Program-made: the position numbers and the translations under genes
The notes under the pieces: model-generated
Told to the model about the DNA's origin: nothing
What the model saw: the letters and a program-made list of their open reading frames with translations, nothing else
Databases searched by the model: none
Shown: positions 45,347 to 50,003 of the stretch, piece by piece
How the letters are laid out: each line of letters begins with the position of its first letter
Position numbering within the stretch: the first letter of the stretch is position 1
DNA from: Pseudomonadota bacterium
GTDB taxonomy: Bacteria > Pseudomonadota > Alphaproteobacteria > Rhizobiales > Hyphomicrobiaceae
Assembly: GCA_023426855.1 (NCBI GenBank)
Contig: JAEZBU010000098.1
Coordinates: forward strand, 1-50,003
DNA: 50,003 nucleotides
Direction of reading: 5' to 3'

Positions 45347-46797
45347 GCACAGTAAAGATCATCGATACGACGTTCCGGGACGGACAGCAGTGTCTGTGGG
45401 CGACGCGCATGTCGACGGGCGCGATGCTGCCGGTAGCCGAAACGCTGGATCACGCCGGCTTTGAAGCCATCGAGGTTGTCGGCGCGGTGCAGTTCGACGC
45501 AGCGGTTCGCTATCTGCGCGAAGATCCTTGGGAACGGCTGCGACTTCTCAGACAACGTATCACCAGGACGCCAATGCAGGCCGTGGTCCGCAGCGGATGC
45601 GTGCTTGGTTTCGAGCTTCTGCCGCAAGATGTGAACGATCTTTGGATCGAGCGTCTGGTGGCAAACGGCATTCGCCAGTTCGTGGCGTTCGATGGGCTGC
45701 ATGATCTCGACAACATCGTGCCATCGTTGAAACTGGCAAAGCAGCTTGGCGCACATACCGTCGGCTGGCTCACTTTCAGCGAAAGCCCGGTACACACGGA
45801 CGAGCTCTACGTCGCCAAGGCACGGGAATATATCGACCGCGCAGATGTCGATGGCGTGCTGATCGAAGATGCCAGCGGTGTGCTGACGCCTGAACGGGTC
45901 GCGACGCTCGTGCCGGCGTTGAAGGCGGCCATCGGCAATCGGCGCCTCGGCGTTCACACGCATGGTCTTCTCGGACTACCGCAACGCACGCAATTGGCGG
46001 CGGCCGCGCTTGGCGTGGATCACGTCTACACCTGCGTACCGCCGCTGGCGGATGCAAATGCACCTCCATCTGTCTTTACGACAGTCCATAATCTTGAACA
46101 GTCCGGCTACGAGACCGGTGTCTCGGTCGATCGCTTGCGGCAGATGGAACAGCATCTGGAGGCAATCGCAGCCAGGGAAGGCTTCCAGCGCGGCAAGCCG
46201 ATGGACTTCGACGCAAGCTTCTTCAGGCATCAGATCCCTGGCGGTGTGCTCAGCAATCTCACCGCACAGCTCAAGGTGGCAGGCCTGGAAGACCGGCTGC
46301 CCAAGGTTCTGGAGGAATGTGGCCGCGTGCGCGCCGAACTCGGCTGGCCGATCCAGGTGACACCGTTCGCGCAGTTCATCGGCGTGCAGGCAACGCTCAA
46401 CGTCATTCACGGAGAGCGCTATCGCATCGTGCCCAATGAGATAAAGAAATATGCCCTAGGCTATTACGGCAAGCTGCTGGCGCCAGTCGAACCCGACATT
46501 CTGGATCGCATCGTCAGCAACGGGTCAGGCAATATCGCGCTTGAGCGAAAGCCGCTGGAGCCCATGCTGCCGATCATTCGCAAGCGGCATCCAAATGCCG
46601 ATGGCGACGAGCTTTTGCTGCGCCTTTCTTTCGATGATGCGGTGCTGGAGCCGATGCGGTCCAATCGCCCGGATTACGCCTCCTGGACCATAGCCGATAA
46701 ACCGATCGTGCATTTGTTGAAGGAAATTGCGAAGCGCCCTGCCGCAAGCCGTGTTTTCATCTCGCAAGGTAACGTGTCAGTGGAACTGAGACGTTAG
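45343..46797 (+). CDS. 2-oxoacid carboxyltransferase subunit (pyruvate carboxylase B / oxaloacetate decarboxylase alpha-like), no biotinyl domain
   Basis: DTTFRDGQQ..ATRM, EDPWERLR, HTH, HQIPGG, VRAELGWP..VTP. Confidence 0.9.
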   Translation: MSTVKIIDTTFRDGQQCLWATRMSTGAMLPVAETLDHAGFEAIEVVGAVQFDAAVRYLREDPWERLRLLRQRITRTPMQAVVRSGCVLGFELLPQDVNDLWIERLVANGIRQFVAFDGLHDLDNIVPSLKLAKQLGAHTVGWLTFSESPVHTDELYVAKAREYIDRADVDGVLIEDASGVLTPERVATLVPALKAAIGNRRLGVHTHGLLGLPQRTQLAAAALGVDHVYTCVPPLADANAPPSVFTTVHNLEQSGYETGVSVDRLRQMEQHLEAIAAREGFQRGKPMDFDASFFRHQIPGGVLSNLTAQLKVAGLEDRLPKVLEECGRVRAELGWPIQVTPFAQFIGVQATLNVIHGERYRIVPNEIKKYALGYYGKLLAPVEPDILDRIVSNGSGNIALERKPLEPMLPIIRKRHPNADGDELLLRLSFDDAVLEPMRSNRPDYASWTIADKPIVHLLKEIAKRPAASRVFISQGNVSVELRR

Positions 46798-46858
46798 CCA
46801 AGGATGCGCTAGAATAGCGTCCCGTAACACTGCCGGCGCAAGCCCGAGGGAAAAGCAG

Positions 46859-48361
46859 ATGTACCCTATAGACTTCTTCTGGCGTTCGGTTCGCGCATTT
46901 CCTTCACGTCCTGCTGTCATTTATCCGGGTGGGACGTTGACCTTCACGGAACTGGCGCAGCGGGTCGTGCGACGCGCTGCGGCGTTGCGCCAGCAGGATC
47001 CCGAACGCGGCACCCACGTTGCTGTCGGCGCGGCCAACACCATCGATCATCTGGTGACGATCCTGGCAACCCTGGCTGCGGGCAAGGTTTGGATTCCGCT
47101 CAATCCGCGCAATGGCGATTCTGAACTGCATCGCATGATCGAGTTCGTATCTCCGGCCCTCGTCGTCGCTGATCGCTCGATGCAGGAACGGCTGGGAAAG
47201 TTCAACCCAACGCCGATGGAGCCTCTCGAAAGCGACGATGCATCAGTCTCCGACTTGCCGCTGGGACCGTTGCAGCGCGCCAGCATCCCGCTTGGCGAGA
47301 CGCAGGCAATCAAGTTCACCGGTGGAACTACGGGTGTTCCCAAAGGTGTTCAGCAGCCGTACCGCGCCTGGAATACGAATATCGTTACCACGATCACGGA
47401 GCTCCGCCTCGGGCCGGACGATCGCTATCTCGTATCCGCGCCGCTGACCCACGGCACATCGACTTACATGCTGCCGATCTTTGCCATGGGCGGCGCTCTG
47501 GTTTTCCCGGAGGACGCGAAGGCGCCGGGGCTGCTCGATACCATTCAGAACCATCGCTGCACCGTCTTCTTCGCGCCGCCGACCTTGGTCATAACGGCAA
47601 TGGAGGAACAGAGACGTTCTCCGCGCGATCTCTCCTCGCTTCGCACGATCATTTATGGTGCGGCCCCCATGCGGCCGTCCCAGATTACCGATGCCCAAAA
47701 CGTCTTCGGCCCGATTATCGCCACCAGCTACGGACAAACCGAGGCACCGCAAATCATCGCCTTCCTGCGGCCCGAGCACATGAGCGGCGAAGCGTTGGCG
47801 TCCGTTGGATATCCGACGATGCTGACGAAAGTCGCGATCCTGGACGACGATGGCAAAGTATTGCCGGAAGGTGAAACAGGCGAAATCAGCGTACGCGGCG
47901 ATCTGCTGATGTCCGGCTATCTCAATGCACCGGACGTCACCAGCCGCACGATCGTCGACGGATGGCTGCGGACCGGCGATGTCGGCGTGCTCAATGATGG
48001 CCTGCTGTTCATCCGGGATCGCAGCAAAGACGTGATCATCACCGGCGGATTCAACGTTTATCCCAGCGATGTCGAAAGCGTGCTGGCCCGGCATCCTGCG
48101 GTGCTGGAATGCGCCGTGGTTGGCGTCCAGGACGAGAAATGGGGGGAGGCCGTGCATGCCGCCGTCCAGAGGCGACAAGGCGTCAGCCTGGACACTGCAG
48201 AGCTTGCGGCATTGGTCCGCAAAGAACTCGGCCCAGTGAAGGTGCCTAAGGGCTTTCATTCCTTCGACGCGTTGCCGCGCACCGCGGTCGGCAAGATCCT
48301 GAAAACCGCCGTTCGCGATGAGATCGCGCAGCGGCTGGGTCGCGATAAATCCGGCACATGA
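46859..48361 (+). CDS. AMP-dependent acyl-CoA ligase
   Basis: FTGGTTGVPKG, SYGQTE, TGDVG, DRSKDVIITGGFNVYP, PRTAVGKI. Confidence 0.93.
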   Translation: MYPIDFFWRSVRAFPSRPAVIYPGGTLTFTELAQRVVRRAAALRQQDPERGTHVAVGAANTIDHLVTILATLAAGKVWIPLNPRNGDSELHRMIEFVSPALVVADRSMQERLGKFNPTPMEPLESDDASVSDLPLGPLQRASIPLGETQAIKFTGGTTGVPKGVQQPYRAWNTNIVTTITELRLGPDDRYLVSAPLTHGTSTYMLPIFAMGGALVFPEDAKAPGLLDTIQNHRCTVFFAPPTLVITAMEEQRRSPRDLSSLRTIIYGAAPMRPSQITDAQNVFGPIIATSYGQTEAPQIIAFLRPEHMSGEALASVGYPTMLTKVAILDDDGKVLPEGETGEISVRGDLLMSGYLNAPDVTSRTIVDGWLRTGDVGVLNDGLLFIRDRSKDVIITGGFNVYPSDVESVLARHPAVLECAVVGVQDEKWGEAVHAAVQRRQGVSLDTAELAALVRKELGPVKVPKGFHSFDALPRTAVGKILKTAVRDEIAQRLGRDKSGT

Positions 48362-48415
48362 CCTTCCGATCCATAAGCTTATCGAGAAGATAGCTCTCAC
48401 TGGAGGCACAGGCGC

Positions 48416-49186
48416 GTGACACAGTCCGTTTTGATCACTGGTGGTGCGAGTGGTATCGGCGCCGCCGTGGCCCGGCGCGTGGTGGCCAGTGGCGGCTGGG
48501 TCTGTCTCGTGGATGTCAACGGACATGGTGTTGTCTCGCTTGCACGGGAACTTGGTGAGCGCGCGATCGCCGCGCATTGCGATGCGCTGGACGAAGATGC
48601 GTTTCAGGATACCGTGGCGAGCGCCGAAACGCGCTTGCCGCCCATCAACGGGCTTGTCACCTGCGCCGGCATTCAGCCACGCGCCAAACGGATCGAAGAT
48701 ACCGCGACGGACGAATTCAACCGGCTCGTGGAATCGCACCTGTCTGGCACGTTCATTTCCTGCCGGGTCGTCGGCTCGCTCATGGCAAGTCGCGGCGCGG
48801 GCGCGATTGTCAATCTGGCATCGGTGTTGTCATTCCGCCCAGGACCTGTGCTCGGCTACACGACCGCCAAGGCCGCCGTCGTCAACCTGACGCAAGCCCT
48901 CGCGGTGCAGTGGGCGAAGAGGGGTGTTCGGGTGAATGCTGTTGCGCCTGGCTGGACTGATACACCTTTCCTTCAGCCGAAGGATGGACGTCCCCCACGC
49001 GACCTCACGCCGATCTTGAATGCGACACCGATCGGCCGGCTGCTGCAACCTTCCGAGATTGCCGAGGTGATATATTTCCTTCTGTCGCCGGCCGCATCCG
49101 GTGTTACGGGCGCGACGGTGCCCGTGGATGGCGGCGTTATGGCGGGCGCAGGCTGGCTGCCCTATGGCGGTTTCCCGCAAGATTGA
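48416..49186 (+). CDS. SDR family oxidoreductase
   Basis: TGGASGIG, NLAS, YTTAK, VNAVAPG, VDGG. Confidence 0.93.
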   Translation: MTQSVLITGGASGIGAAVARRVVASGGWVCLVDVNGHGVVSLARELGERAIAAHCDALDEDAFQDTVASAETRLPPINGLVTCAGIQPRAKRIEDTATDEFNRLVESHLSGTFISCRVVGSLMASRGAGAIVNLASVLSFRPGPVLGYTTAKAAVVNLTQALAVQWAKRGVRVNAVAPGWTDTPFLQPKDGRPPRDLTPILNATPIGRLLQPSEIAEVIYFLLSPAASGVTGATVPVDGGVMAGAGWLPYGGFPQD

Positions 49187-49265
49187 ACCGCCGACCTTCC
49201 GTCCAGGACAAGAACCAGAACAAACAATCAGCGGTCTCATGAGACTGGCCTGAGGGAGCGCCGAG

Positions 49266-49994
49266 ATGAGTGAACTGACAGGACGCACAATCGTTGTGAC
49301 AGGCGCGGCCGGAGGTATCGGCGCAGCCGCATCTCGCATGGCAGCGAAGGCAGGCGCACGACTTCTCCTGATCGACCCCAATGAACAAGGCTTGCGGACA
49401 CTCGCGTCATCGCTTGCGGGCGACGGGCATGTCGTGGCGCCGTCTTATCTCGATAGTCCCACGGCCTGCGCGGAAGCCCTGGCGCGCGTCGACGGCCCGC
49501 TGTATGGGCTGGTTCATATGGCGGGCATCTTTGTGCCGCACGAACTTGAACCCGGCGCTCGCGATATTTATGACCGCATCATCGCAGCGAACATGACCAA
49601 CGGTTTCGACCTGGTTTGCGCCATGATTGACCGGCTGGTGACGAATGAACCGGCGCGTCTCATATTCGCCAGCTCCCAGGCTTATCGGCGCGGCAGTCTC
49701 GGCCACGTTGCCTACTCCATGGCAAAAGGTGGCGTCACGGGGTTCGTGCGCGGACTGGCCCGCAACCTGAAATCACGCGCGCTGGTGAACGGAATTGCAC
49801 CGGGCGTGATCGAAACGCCGATGGCCGCGCATATCATCGACACGCGCAAAGCCGATATGCTGAAGGAAATCCCACTCGGCCGGCTCGGCACCGCCGATGA
49901 GGTCGCCGGCGTGGTGATGTTCCTGCTCGGCCCATACGCGACCTACGTGACCGGCCAGATCATCAACGTCGATGGCGGCACAAATAACGCATGA
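49266..49994 (+). CDS. SDR family oxidoreductase (FabG-like)
   Basis: TGAAGGIG, ASS, YSMAK, NGIAPGVIET, TGQIINVDGG. Stop lies in ATGA, suggesting a coupled next gene at 49991. Confidence 0.93.
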   Translation: MSELTGRTIVVTGAAGGIGAAASRMAAKAGARLLLIDPNEQGLRTLASSLAGDGHVVAPSYLDSPTACAEALARVDGPLYGLVHMAGIFVPHELEPGARDIYDRIIAANMTNGFDLVCAMIDRLVTNEPARLIFASSQAYRRGSLGHVAYSMAKGGVTGFVRGLARNLKSRALVNGIAPGVIETPMAAHIIDTRKADMLKEIPLGRLGTADEVAGVVMFLLGPYATYVTGQIINVDGGTNNA

Positions 49995-50003
49995 GCGGAA
50001 ACG

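Noticed and set aside
45343..46797. Na+-pumping oxaloacetate decarboxylase
   Set aside because: No membrane beta or gamma subunit genes; it is coupled to an ATP-dependent biotin carboxylase instead.
47243..48739. Long alternative ORFs (this 498-aa one; also 4476-5564 and 5615-6823)
   Set aside because: They overlap well-supported genes and are typical shadow ORFs of GC-rich DNA with no motifs.
1..50003. Mobile elements, prophage, tRNA/rRNA or defence systems
   Set aside because: No transposase, integrase, phage, nuclease or structural-RNA signatures recognised by eye.

Overview
GC-rich bacterial window, probably an alphaproteobacterium of the Hyphomicrobiales (inferred from gene content), with about 45 protein-coding genes. 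I see no rRNA, tRNA, CRISPR array or mobile element. Left to right: (1) a LacI regulator cut by the left edge. (2) A type I-secreted heme peroxidase with C-terminal RTX repeats and an N-terminal array of 21 Tyr/Lys/Pro-rich (Y/H/Q/N)(E/Q)(P/A)PK pentapeptides, followed by its ABC and HlyD exporter genes. (3) A Tat-exported xanthine-oxidase-family molybdoenzyme translationally coupled to soxX, a soxY paralog with a non-canonical AACIDGG arm, soxZ and soxA, with no soxB/C/D in the window. (4) A CHASE3 kinase / receiver / REC-HisKA_2 signalling triad. (5) About 35 kb of catabolic genes: three ABC importers, three acyl-CoA ligases, three SDRs, a CarB-like crotonase, a thiolase with a Cys-less DUF35 partner, an LVIVD protein, and XRE and IclR regulators. 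A recurring tandem TATCR-N5-YGATA operator marks one regulon in this block. It also contains a four-gene biotin-dependent carboxylase with a non-biotinylatable BCCP paralog and a carboxyltransferase whose metal-binding Lys is replaced by Glu. The strongest candidates for undescribed systems are the peroxidase carrying its own extensin-like repeat, the molybdoenzyme-Sox-paralog operon and the atypical carboxylase. All family calls come from motif recognition by eye; no database searches were run.
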